Below, piece after piece: positions 39,157 to 48,100 of a stretch of 64,000 nucleotides of DNA. Both the position numbers and the translations under genes were made by a program. The notes under the pieces are model-generated. The model had not been told where the DNA came from, made no database searches, and was given only the letters and a program-made list of their open reading frames with translations. The stretch lies in contig JAJCXX010000068.1 in assembly GCA_029263195.1 (NCBI GenBank), forward strand, positions 40,939-104,938, given 5' to 3'. The stretch is from Acidimicrobiales bacterium. Lineage in GTDB: Bacteria; Actinomycetota; Acidimicrobiia; Acidimicrobiales; Aldehydirespiratoraceae. How positions within the stretch are numbered: position 1 is the stretch's first letter; every line of letters starts with the position of its first letter.

Positions 39157-40364
39157 CAGAACCGATAGCGCTCACATGCCCCGGACTACTAACCCCCGGA
39201 GGCAACAGCCTCGATGAACTCATCGCAGCCATGGACAACCGGCAGTCTCCTATCAAGCCAGAGCAGTTCACCCTCAACGACCACACCCTCGAAGTACCCA
39301 CAGCCCGGGTCGACCTCATCCCCGAAGACCACTTCGAACGGGCACGCCTCCGCAGGCTCGACCGTCTCCATCAACTCGGTCTCGTCGCAGCTCGAGATAC
39401 CGCTGCCGCCTTCGGCGCAGGCCTCGCAGGCGACCGAACTGGCATCATCGTCGGCTCTGTCAACCGATCAGCCGCCTACCTCGAAGACCAATACCGGGTC
39501 GCGCTCACAAACCCAGCACGTGTCAATCCGCTTACAATCGCAATCATCATGGGCTCCTCACTCACCGGCCACGTCGCACAAGAACTCGCTATCACCGGAC
39601 CATCCATGACCGCGACAGCTGAATGCGCCACGGGACTCGCCGTCCTCGCAACAGCGTGCGACTGGATCCGCCTCGGCCACGCTGATCAAGTCCTCATCGG
39701 CGGAGCCGACGCGACCATCACGTTCGGCGCCGTCGCCATGTTTCGACGCATGAACGCCCTGACGCCGATCCCAACGGACGGTGGCGCCGCATCGCGGCCG
39801 TTTGATCGCGACCGAGCTGGCTTCGTCATGGGAGAAGGAGCGTGCTTCGCGATCATCGAACGGCTCAGCCAGGCCGAACGGGCAGGCCGCGAAGTCACAG
39901 GAATCGTGGAAGGCTGCGCCCTTCGCACAGACACCTCACACCTCATCGCCCCCGACGCCACTGGAGCCGCACAGAGAGCAGTCATTGCAGCCGCACTCGA
40001 AGCCGCAGGGCTAGAAGCATCCGACGTTGTGTCGGTCAACGCCCACGCAACTTCCACCCCGGCGAACGACGTAGTGGAAGCCAACGCGATCGCCAACACC
40101 ATCGGACCATCGGTCCCAGTGACAGCCGTGAAGGGCGTCACCGGCCACATGTTCGCCGCCAGTGGACTCACAGAAGCGCTGCTGGCCGGGCGATCAGCAA
40201 CGACCGGACACGTCCCACACGTCGTTGGGCTAGAAAACGTCGCATCAGATATCACCGCCACGATCTGCACGAGGCCGATCGAAACAGCCTCCGGCCCAGT
40301 TCTCACCACATCATTCGGGTTCGGTGGCCACGACGCATGCGCCGTCTTGTGTCCAGCCCCGTAG
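39153..40364 (+). CDS. Beta-ketoacyl-ACP synthase (KAS I/II-like)
   Basis: Cys-His-His triad contexts TAECATGLA, NAHATSTPANDVVE and GVTGHMFAASG; tail SFGFGGHDACAVL. Confidence 0.85.
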   Translation: MTEPIALTCPGLLTPGGNSLDELIAAMDNRQSPIKPEQFTLNDHTLEVPTARVDLIPEDHFERARLRRLDRLHQLGLVAARDTAAAFGAGLAGDRTGIIVGSVNRSAAYLEDQYRVALTNPARVNPLTIAIIMGSSLTGHVAQELAITGPSMTATAECATGLAVLATACDWIRLGHADQVLIGGADATITFGAVAMFRRMNALTPIPTDGGAASRPFDRDRAGFVMGEGACFAIIERLSQAERAGREVTGIVEGCALRTDTSHLIAPDATGAAQRAVIAAALEAAGLEASDVVSVNAHATSTPANDVVEANAIANTIGPSVPVTAVKGVTGHMFAASGLTEALLAGRSATTGHVPHVVGLENVASDITATICTRPIETASGPVLTTSFGFGGHDACAVLCPAP

Positions 40365-40572
40365 CGCGGGCCAATTGACCTGAGCTGAGACCGGGGGGGT
40401 CTGCCGCGGGTAGCGGTGAGGCTCCTATTGCGTGTCAAGGGGATCTTGGAGTTGTCGGTAGTGTGGGGGCCGAATACCCCGTCGTGCCTCGAAATCAGCA
40501 TGTCTGATATGGAGTTGACCCGGTTCGGTGGACACCCGATCCTGGATGTTTGTCCAGGGGAAGGAGGCCCGG

Positions 40573-40857
40573 ATGGGTCGTCCATCGAAGCATCCCGAGG
40601 AGTTCCGTCGTGAAGCGGTCGAGTTGTATCGATCGTCGGATCGGCCTCGGTGCAAAATCGCCGAGTCGTTAGGCATCTCGGATGGTTCGCTCGCTGCGTG
40701 GGCGAAGCAAGCTGAGGCGGCGAACGAGCCCGGCGCGCTCGATCCGGGTGATCGGGCCGAGCTGGCCCGTTTGCGTAAGGAGAATCGGGATCTGCGGATG
40801 GACCGTGAGATTCTGCGAAAGGCAGCCGCCTATTTCGCGAGGGAGACGATCCGGTGA
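40573..40857 (+). CDS. IS3-family transposase OrfA (HTH)
   Basis: MGRPSKHPEEFRREAVELYRSS... with a leucine-zipper-like tail. GGAAGGAGG lies 5 nt upstream of the ATG. Confidence 0.88.
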   Translation: MGRPSKHPEEFRREAVELYRSSDRPRCKIAESLGISDGSLAAWAKQAEAANEPGALDPGDRAELARLRKENRDLRMDREILRKAAAYFARETIR

Positions 40858-41726
40858 CCCGCTTCCGGTTCGTCCAAGACCATCAGGCCGGCTATCCGGT
40901 GAAGCGGTTGTGCGAGCTCGTCGAATGCTCGAGGTCGGGGTTCTATGCGTGGGTCAACCGGCCGTTGTCGGATCATTACTTGACCGATGTTGATCTCGCA
41001 GCGGAGATTTTCGAGATCCATGAAGCATCGCAGCGCACCTATGGGGCACCGCGAGTGTTGGGCCAGTTGCAGCATCGGAATTGTCGTGTCGGGCGTAAAC
41101 GGGTCGCCAGGATCATGGTCGAGTGCGGCCTGGTTGGTTCCCATGGCCGCAAGAAGTGGCGCCGCGGGAAACGCACGAACAAGGCGCCTGGGCCGGATCT
41201 GATCGGCCGCGATTTCACTGCTGCGGCATCGGATCAGCGATGGCTCGCGGACATCACTGAGTTCAAGTGCCGTGATGGCAAGCTCTTCCTTGCCGGCATT
41301 CTCGATCTTCACGATCGTGGCCTGCCCGGCTGGTCGATGGCGAACCGCCAGACCGCTGACATCGTCGTCAACGCGTTGGTGATGGCGCTCGCCCGCCGGC
41401 ACCCCGACGGCGACGTGATCCACCATGGCGATCGCGGATCGCAATACGTCTCCGGCGATCTGGCTCTGACGATGGCCGATCACAACGTGACCGCGTCCTT
41501 CGGCCGAACGGGGGTGTGCTGGGACAACGCCGCGATGGAATCGACCTGGGCGACCATCAAACGCGAGATCCGCCACATCCACGGCGACTGGGAAACCATG
41601 ACCCGCAGCCAGCTCCGAACCGTGCTCTTCGACTACATCGAGACCTTCTACAACCGACGCCGCCACCAAGCCCGCCTCGGCCACCGAACACCAGCCGAAA
41701 CCTACGCCGCATCCAAAGCGGCATAA
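40854..41726 (+). CDS. IS3-family transposase OrfB (DDE/rve domain)
   Basis: WLADITEF..., HHGDRGSQY, CWDNAAMESTWATIKRE, YNRRRHQARLGHRTPAE. Overlaps orfA in the -1 frame. I could not identify a slippery heptamer. Confidence 0.88.
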   Translation: MTRFRFVQDHQAGYPVKRLCELVECSRSGFYAWVNRPLSDHYLTDVDLAAEIFEIHEASQRTYGAPRVLGQLQHRNCRVGRKRVARIMVECGLVGSHGRKKWRRGKRTNKAPGPDLIGRDFTAAASDQRWLADITEFKCRDGKLFLAGILDLHDRGLPGWSMANRQTADIVVNALVMALARRHPDGDVIHHGDRGSQYVSGDLALTMADHNVTASFGRTGVCWDNAAMESTWATIKREIRHIHGDWETMTRSQLRTVLFDYIETFYNRRRHQARLGHRTPAETYAASKAA

Positions 41727-41996
41727 TCTGACAACAACCCGTGTCCACCGAACCGGGTCAACTCCAATATCAACGGATCAGACTTCTAGAGCTCTTCTGA
41801 CGCCACCGTTTCCCGACCCGTATCCCGCGAAACGCCAGGCCAAAACACACGACGAATTTCTGGCACCCCCAGGGTTCAACTCGGTAGGGAGACACTGCAA
41901 CCCCTAACCCTCACCGCACCCGATCCGAGTGGGTGGAACTCGCATCGGCCCAATGAGCCCGTCTGCCCTGGTCAAGACGCCACGGCTGATTTCCGA

Positions 41997-43446
41997 TGCC
42001 TCTTTGTGTCGAGGAGAAGTTTTCGGGTGTGTCGGGACGCGTGTGGATGAACTCTCTGGCGTTGAGGGGCCGAGGGTTCTAGCGTTGGTTGTTGGGTCCG
42101 GGAAGTGACTTGTCCGAAGAGCCGGTGTTCAGGATGTTGAGCCGGTCACGCTGGACTACAGAGTCGTTCCTGGGTGTCCTCCCGGACCCACCCACATCAG
42201 GTTGTGGTTGCGGCGCGAGCGTCGGCGACGAGGTGGCGAAACACCCGGTCTGAGATCTGTCGTTTGAGTGCCCGGATGGCTTCTTTGTGGGTTTTGCCTT
42301 CGCCGATTTTGCGGTCGTAGAAGATTCGGCCTTCGCTTTGGTTGCGGAACTGGACCACTGCGGCGATGTGGATCGCAAAGTTCAGGGTCCGGTTTCCTCG
42401 CGGGTTCAAACGGTGACGAACCCGCGCACCTGAGGAAGCCTCGAGCGGCGCGGTTCCGTTGCAGGACGCGAACTGGGCTTTGGTGTCGAACCGGTTGACG
42501 TCGCCGACATATCCAATGATTGTCGCGGCGCAGATCGGGCCGATGCCATAGATGTCACACAGGCTGGTTCGCGACGCGGTCACCGCTGAGGTGATCCGTT
42601 TCTTCGACGCGGCCAGGGTGGTGTCCAAAGCAGCAATGTCGGCGATGAGTTCTCGAGCGACGAGCACCCGACACCGGGTTACTTCACCGAATGGTTCCAC
42701 CTCGTTGAGCAGCCTGTTTGCCTTGGCGACAGTGATCGTGGTTCCGATGCCGCCCGCTGCGAGTTCAGCCAACATGGCATGAAGACGAACACAATGGGTC
42801 GAACGTAACTGGGCCATGTCGCGGTGACGTTTCACCAACAACCGCAAGATTCGGGCATGGTCATCGTCACCGACCAGCGCCGGCCGGTCCGATCGCATCG
42901 CCGCGATCGCCACCGACCGGGCGTCGTTGGGGTCGTTCTTGTTTGACCGGCCCGATCCAAACACCCGGACCCGACAAGCCAGCATCGGGGAAACATCGAG
43001 GACGGTCTCACCGGCGGCGACAAGCTGGCGTGCAACCAGGCAGCCGAGCCCGTTCGCTGATTCGACCGCCCATTGCCGTTTCTCGAACCCGTCCGCCCAC
43101 TCGCACAACAGCCCGACCTGAGCCTTCGATGCCGAGACTTTGAACTCGCCGAGTACTACCTCGTGTTCGTCAACAGCAACCGCAGTGTGGGTTGCCTTAT
43201 GTGGATCGATACCGATCATGACTTTCATAGAAATGCCTCCGGTTTGGTGGCTGACCGTGGCGGACACTCCTGATTCGGGTCGATGTGCTCTCGCCTCTTT
43301 CGAGCCACACCACGGCAGAAAGACCCGACCGGCAGACAACTCGAAAACAAGCCAACCCAAAGGCGACAGGCACCCACAGAGCCAACCGACCGGACCCTTC
43401 CAGACGCTACGAAACCACCGCAACGCCCACCAGAATCATCAATCAG
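41997..43446 (-). mobile_element. IS110-family element a (~1.45 kb), inserted in the right IR of the MITE
   Basis: Boundaries are inferred from the interrupted IR (TTTCCG | ... | GCCCCACA). 218 bp of non-coding sequence lies 5' of the transposase and 200 bp lies 3' of it. Confidence 0.5.
42197..43228 (-). CDS. IS110-family transposase (DEDD + C-terminal Ser domain)
   Basis: MKVMIGIDPHKATHTAVAVD start and a typical IS110 C-terminal domain (ICAATIIGYVGDVNRF, LNPRGNRTLN). The internal ATG at 43228 is preferred over the ORF start. Confidence 0.88.
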   Translation of the reverse strand: MKVMIGIDPHKATHTAVAVDEHEVVLGEFKVSASKAQVGLLCEWADGFEKRQWAVESANGLGCLVARQLVAAGETVLDVSPMLACRVRVFGSGRSNKNDPNDARSVAIAAMRSDRPALVGDDDHARILRLLVKRHRDMAQLRSTHCVRLHAMLAELAAGGIGTTITVAKANRLLNEVEPFGEVTRCRVLVARELIADIAALDTTLAASKKRITSAVTASRTSLCDIYGIGPICAATIIGYVGDVNRFDTKAQFASCNGTAPLEASSGARVRHRLNPRGNRTLNFAIHIAAVVQFRNQSEGRIFYDRKIGEGKTHKEAIRALKRQISDRVFRHLVADARAATTT

Positions 43447-43533
43447 GCCCCACAGGGTGTGTCCGGTTCGCGGCTCAGGCGGCTGGTCGGTACTCGTTGA
43501 TGAATCCCGCGGGAGAGTTCACCGGGCGGTTCG

Positions 43534-45120
43534 GTGTGCTACGATTCGATCCGTTCGGAGACGGATCTGGTGGATCCGAGGGGGCAGATCGTGAGCGGAA
43601 CGTCTGAGACTCCAGCCAAGTGGCTGCAATGGCGAGGGCACAGGAAGTACAAACAACGCATCGGTCTTTTCAAGTCAGTACTCCTGCTGTGTGTAGCGGC
43701 GGTAGTCACGGTCTCGCCTGCGGCAGCAAGAGTTGGTGCAACTCAGCAGCGTCCAGAGCAAACGGTTTTCGATCAGTTGCGCGAGGAACTCGACAACGGG
43801 TTGCAGATCGAGTCACTGGTGAGCATTTTGCTTCTTGACGAGAGCACCCTTCGAAAGACCTATCCTGAGGCGGCCCGCCGCTACGACTTCACGATCAGCC
43901 GAGGCCGTCGTGCTCAGCTCGGGTTGGAATTCTTGCTGACAGTGCCTGATCGATACTTCGATGAGTCACTCATGGCGACTACTATGGCTCGAGCGTTTGG
44001 CCCTGATGCGGATGTCCAGCGCCACGTTAGGTTGCAGTTATTTCACTCGCTCCTCAAGCCCAACCTAGAGGACGCATTGGGCGAAGACTTCGGCGGGACA
44101 TGGATAGATCACGAGACCTTCACAATCAACATTGGAGTCCGAGACGACGTCGGTCAGGCGCATCCACGAGCTCTCGAATCCGTGTCCTTGACGGTCCCGC
44201 TCGTCGAACTAGCAGACGCCGGCATTCGCCTCGAGGGGCATTCACGTGCTTCATCCTGGGCCGAGTTGAGCAATCTCGCCGACACAGTGGCGGCTTCGAT
44301 TCCAGGTCAGTCGATTCAGGTTACGCCTAGGGTGAAGACAGGCGGAATTCGCGTAATCGCTATGGGTGCCTCGACTGCTGAGCTCGGTTCACTTCGCAGT
44401 TCGGCAGTATCGAGCACGGTCGAGTTTCTACGACGGAGCGTCACTGCCAACGATGAGGCTGCGCAACGGCTCGCTGTCGACATGGTGGAGGTAGTGGCTC
44501 ACTCTGGATCCGAGGCGACAGTGACACTTCGCGGAGGAGTGCCCCTTAGCGGCTGTACCTCAGGATTCACGGCTCAGAATGGAAGCTGGCGCGGAATCGT
44601 CATAGCAGACCACTGCCATCTGGCGGGAACAGGGAATGGCTGGTGGTCGGGCGGGGGCGAATCTCTGTATTCTCTGAATGACTATTACAGCGGAGGAAAC
44701 GGAGAATTCGAATTCTTGGGCGTCGACTCATCCGTTACAGTTCCGAATGAGATTTCGTATGCCTCGGAGATCAGCATTATACAGTCGATCCGTTACTGGG
44801 ATCAGGTTGCGGTTGGCGAGATCTATTGCCGCGAGGGGAAGACCACCGGGTTTAATTGTGGCACAGTCGATGAGACTCACTTCCTTTCCTTCTTTCCGGT
44901 GCCTGGCTGCACCGGCACGTGTCCGCGCTTCATCGCATCTATCCCGAGGCCAGGCTCGGTGATCACCCAACCCGGGGATAGCGGCGGGCCTTGGTTCGTG
45001 GGATCAGTGGCAGTCGGGATTCAATCAGGCAGGTATGTTGGTCTCAACTACGATGTTTGGGGAGTTGCTGGATTCGCGCAATTCGAACTTGATGCGAGCA
45101 TTCTTACATCATCGAAGTAG
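43534..45120 (+). CDS. Secreted S1-family (chymotrypsin/streptogrisin-like) serine protease with a long pro-region
   Basis: Signal-like LLLCVAAVVTVSPAAA, His context IADHC, and the Ser motif GDSGGPWF in the C-terminal ~190 aa. Start uncertain. Confidence 0.75.
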   Translation: MCYDSIRSETDLVDPRGQIVSGTSETPAKWLQWRGHRKYKQRIGLFKSVLLLCVAAVVTVSPAAARVGATQQRPEQTVFDQLREELDNGLQIESLVSILLLDESTLRKTYPEAARRYDFTISRGRRAQLGLEFLLTVPDRYFDESLMATTMARAFGPDADVQRHVRLQLFHSLLKPNLEDALGEDFGGTWIDHETFTINIGVRDDVGQAHPRALESVSLTVPLVELADAGIRLEGHSRASSWAELSNLADTVAASIPGQSIQVTPRVKTGGIRVIAMGASTAELGSLRSSAVSSTVEFLRRSVTANDEAAQRLAVDMVEVVAHSGSEATVTLRGGVPLSGCTSGFTAQNGSWRGIVIADHCHLAGTGNGWWSGGGESLYSLNDYYSGGNGEFEFLGVDSSVTVPNEISYASEISIIQSIRYWDQVAVGEIYCREGKTTGFNCGTVDETHFLSFFPVPGCTGTCPRFIASIPRPGSVITQPGDSGGPWFVGSVAVGIQSGRYVGLNYDVWGVAGFAQFELDASILTSSK

Positions 45121-45127
45121 GCGCCGC

Positions 45128-46318
45128 ATGGCACGACAGGCAGGTTTCGCCGCCATAGTGTTCGGGCTCACCGCTGTGGGATGTTCAAGTGGTGGTGACG
45201 GTGGCGGTGCTGCGCAGGAGCGGTTGCCAATTCCGAGCGTCACTCCCAGTTCCTCGGCGCCGGGTGATGGCCCCAACGACGTTCGCGCTGTTGGTTGGCT
45301 TCACGAAACGGCGGGCGGCGCTATCAAGCTTTGCTCTGAGATGTTCGTGCCGTGTTCTGGGATTGAGGTCTTGTTCGCTGACGATTCGGTCGAGCACATC
45401 ACGGAAGGGCCTGTCCTGCTTGATGCTGAGATGGTCGGTGGCGTGCTTCGGGCTGCGGTCCCATCAGCATCGGGGCCATCGCCGTTTCTTGTGCCACCGA
45501 AACGAGTCCTCGACGAACGGTGCGAAAGACAAGACAGCCCTGGTCCGGTTTCGCAGGTTCCCGAGGACGTCACAGCGGGTTTGCTCAGCTACGTGGACCA
45601 ACACGCCGATCTCTACGCAGGGCGATGGCTGCTTGGGGAGGACGCTGTGCTGGTGGTCAGCTTCGTGGGAGACGCCACCGTTCATCGCGCGGCACTTGAA
45701 GAATTGTCTTCGGACTCGTTGCAAGTGTGTGTGCTCGGCGGGGCCCGGCTGGCGCTTCGAGACCTTGTCACACGACAAGATCGACTGTCTGAGGCGGCCT
45801 CGTCTCTCGGGTTTGGCGGCAGCGGAATCTACCAACACCTCAACGTGGTGTGGATCAGGGTGTCAGTTCTCGACCCCAACTCAAGACGCCATCTCGAGGA
45901 CGTCGGTGGCGATTCGTTTGTGGTCGTCCCGTTTGTCGAGTTTCTCTCTGATGACTGGCGCGGGGACGAATCGGTTGGGTGGCCACGAGACGAGAGCTCA
46001 CCTCTCATTACAGTTCCAATTGCGTCCGGTGGCTCGATGACCGCACTTGGGATTCTCTCATTTGATTGGGACGCGGAGGCGGGCTGTCTCTACGCGTTCG
46101 GACCTCAAACCGAGGGGCGAAGAATACTTCCCGTGTGGCCTGCGGGATACACGCTTGATACCGACGTCGGGGTCTTCGATTCCGACGACGAGTTGGTCGC
46201 TCCGCTGGGCGAGGAACTCATGTTGGGCGGCGGATTCGTCGCGCTCGACAAAGAGCTATACGACGAAACCTGCAGCGCATTCGGAGTCTTCATCATCGGG
46301 TCCGTCGAACAGGAGTAG
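45128..46318 (+). CDS. Lipoprotein of unknown function
   Basis: MARQAGFAAIVFGLTAVGCSSGG lipobox. ATG at 45128 lies 8 bp after the protease stop. Confidence 0.6.
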   Translation: MARQAGFAAIVFGLTAVGCSSGGDGGGAAQERLPIPSVTPSSSAPGDGPNDVRAVGWLHETAGGAIKLCSEMFVPCSGIEVLFADDSVEHITEGPVLLDAEMVGGVLRAAVPSASGPSPFLVPPKRVLDERCERQDSPGPVSQVPEDVTAGLLSYVDQHADLYAGRWLLGEDAVLVVSFVGDATVHRAALEELSSDSLQVCVLGGARLALRDLVTRQDRLSEAASSLGFGGSGIYQHLNVVWIRVSVLDPNSRRHLEDVGGDSFVVVPFVEFLSDDWRGDESVGWPRDESSPLITVPIASGGSMTALGILSFDWDAEAGCLYAFGPQTEGRRILPVWPAGYTLDTDVGVFDSDDELVAPLGEELMLGGGFVALDKELYDETCSAFGVFIIGSVEQE

Positions 46319-46514
46319 ACGGCATCGCAACGATTTCGGTTCCAGGCCTTACGTCGCTGTGGTGGTGCAGTATTGGTCCACAGCACGGAGGATGGCATTG
46401 ATTCGTGCGTCTCGACGGTAGACGATGCCGCTTTCTCCATCGATCGCACAGTTGTAGAACAGTGCGACGGAGGTGTTGCGGTCGTGTGGGGGCCGAATAT
46501 TGTGTCGTGGCTGG

Positions 46515-46658
46515 TCATGCTGCGTTTTGGTGTTCGTTGATGAGGCCGTGGCAGCGGGTTGATTTCACGACCCGAAGATGGCGCCCCTGCACTGGCGGCG
46601 GCGCCTCGGGAGCCTCAGGTGGTTGTTGGTCGAGTGAGCGGTGGGGTCGGTGCTGGTT
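46515..46658 (-). pseudogene. IS481-like transposase, C-terminal 47 codons (continuation across the nested IS110)
   Basis: NQHRPHRSLDQQPPEAPEA...VVKSTRCHGLINEHQNAA*. Joins in frame to ...FDFLWRY at 48101. Confidence 0.65.
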
Positions 46659-46861
46659 GTAGGGCCATGAGAATGGTGGCGGGCGCCTCGGTGCTCGGGC
46701 GGTTACGTTCGTAGTCACCGGGTTCGGGGCTTCCTGGGAGGACAATGGTTGGGCAGGCCGAGACTTTCACTATGGGCTTCGAGCCCGTTGTTGTAGCTGG
46801 CCGCCCCTGCGACTGGCCCGGTTGTGCTGCGAGCACGTATCCGTAGTTGTCGTTCGCCCGG

Positions 46862-46888
46862 CTTCTCCCTCACTGATGAAGGGAGAAG
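46862..46888 (+). promoter_or_regulatory. Hairpin sequestering the Shine-Dalgarno sequence of the IS110b transposase
   Basis: CTTCTCCCT (46862-46870), a 9-nt loop, then AGGGAGAAG (46880-46888). The ATG is at 46892. Confidence 0.5.
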
Positions 46889-46891
46889 GCA

Positions 46892-48091
46892 ATGCGTTCG
46901 ATAGGTCTTGATGTCCATCGCGACTTCTGTGAGGTGGCGATCTTCGAAGACGGTGAGGTGACCAAGCATCCGCGGGTCCCGGCTCGTCGAGCAGAGCTGG
47001 CAGCATTCGCGGCATCGTTGCGGCCGACTGATCAGGTCGGTCTTGAGGCGACCGGGAACGCTTTGGCGATCGCCCGGATCATTGAGCCTCATGTGGCCCG
47101 GGTTGCGGTGGCCAACGCGGCCGTCACGAATCTGATCGGGACGGCTCGAGCAAAGACCGACCAGCTCGACGCCCGCACTCTTGCTCAGCTTCTTGGTACG
47201 GGGTTCTTCCCTGAGGTGTGGCTGGGTTCGGAGCAGACGCGTTTGGCGCGCCGGCGGATGAGTCGGCGTGCGCAGCTCGTGCGTGAGCGGACAGGTCTGA
47301 AGAATCAGATCCATGCTGTGCTGCACCGGAACCTGGTTGAGCGGCCGCCGGCATCGGACTTGTTTGGGGTGAAAGGCCTGCGGTGGCTTGGAGGTGTCGA
47401 TCTGGTCGATGACGAGCGGGAGACGGTGTCGTCGTGTCTTCGCCAGCTCCAGTTATTGGGTGAAGAGCTCGAGCGTCTTGACCAGGCCATCGCGAGCGCG
47501 GCTCTGGAGGATCGCGCGGTCCATCTGCTGCTCACCGTGCCGGGGGTCAACCTCACGACCGCGTCGGCGTTTATGGCTGCTGTTGGGAACATCGGCCGTT
47601 TTGATAGTCCGAGCCAGCTCGTGAGCTACCTGGGCCTGGATCCCAAGGTCCACCAGTCCGGGATCGCTCCTGCTCGCCATGGTTCCATCTCCAAACAGGG
47701 GTGTGCTGGAGCACGCTCTGCTCTGGTCGAGTCGGCCTGGGTGGTTGCTCGAGCCCCTGGCCCGATGCACGCCTTTGCTGAGCGCATCCGGGCTCGGCGC
47801 GGCGCCAACGTGGCGACCGTCGCGGTAGCGAGAAAGCTCGCGGTGCTGTTCTGGCACATGCTCACGAAGGACGAGGAGTACGCCTATGGCAGGCCTTCGC
47901 TGACTGCGGAGAAGCGCCGTAGGGTGGAACTCACCGCCGGCGCACCCAGCGTTCGCGGAAAGCGCAGCGGTGGACGCGTCTACGCTTCAACAGAGCAGCG
48001 TGTCCGAGAGCAGCAAGTGGCCATCAACGCCGAAAGGGCCTACCGCGAGTTCGTCTCCCAACGCAGCCGCGCTGTCCCTAGAACCACTTGA
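46892..48091 (+). CDS. IS110-family transposase
   Basis: MRSIGLDVHRDFCEVAI..., GLEATGNALAIARII, and a C-terminal transposase_20-like region (VPGVNLTTASAFMAAVGNIGRF, SISKQGCAGARSAL). Confidence 0.88.
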   Translation: MRSIGLDVHRDFCEVAIFEDGEVTKHPRVPARRAELAAFAASLRPTDQVGLEATGNALAIARIIEPHVARVAVANAAVTNLIGTARAKTDQLDARTLAQLLGTGFFPEVWLGSEQTRLARRRMSRRAQLVRERTGLKNQIHAVLHRNLVERPPASDLFGVKGLRWLGGVDLVDDERETVSSCLRQLQLLGEELERLDQAIASAALEDRAVHLLLTVPGVNLTTASAFMAAVGNIGRFDSPSQLVSYLGLDPKVHQSGIAPARHGSISKQGCAGARSALVESAWVVARAPGPMHAFAERIRARRGANVATVAVARKLAVLFWHMLTKDEEYAYGRPSLTAEKRRRVELTAGAPSVRGKRSGGRVYASTEQRVREQQVAINAERAYREFVSQRSRAVPRTT

Positions 48092-48100
48092 CTTTCATCC

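Larger units (their letters stand above)
40510..41766 (+). mobile_element. Intact IS3-family insertion sequence (1257 bp)
   Basis: Perfect 26-bp terminal IRs: TGGAGTTGACCCGGTTCGGTGGACAC at 40510-40535 and its reverse complement at 41741-41766. 3-bp target duplication ATA at 40507-40509 and 41767-41769. Has the orfA/orfB pair. Confidence 0.92.
40462..43454 (+). mobile_element. IS481-like MITE (~283 bp once unnested) carrying two nested insertions (IS3 and IS110-family)
   Basis: Left IR TGTGGGGGCCGAATACCCCGTCGTGCC at 40462. 41770-41870 parallels the 5' region of copy B (reverse complement of about 48985-49085). The right-IR body ends ...GATTTCCG at 41996 and its tip GCCCCACA resumes at 43447-43454. 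Confidence 0.5.
46659..48100 (+). mobile_element. IS110-family element b (~1.44 kb)
   Basis: Flanked by similar 15-mers, GTAGGGCCATGAGAA (46659) and GTAGCGCCAGAGGAA (48101). Removing it restores the host transposase frame. 233-bp 5' non-coding end and a 9-bp 3' end. Confidence 0.6.
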
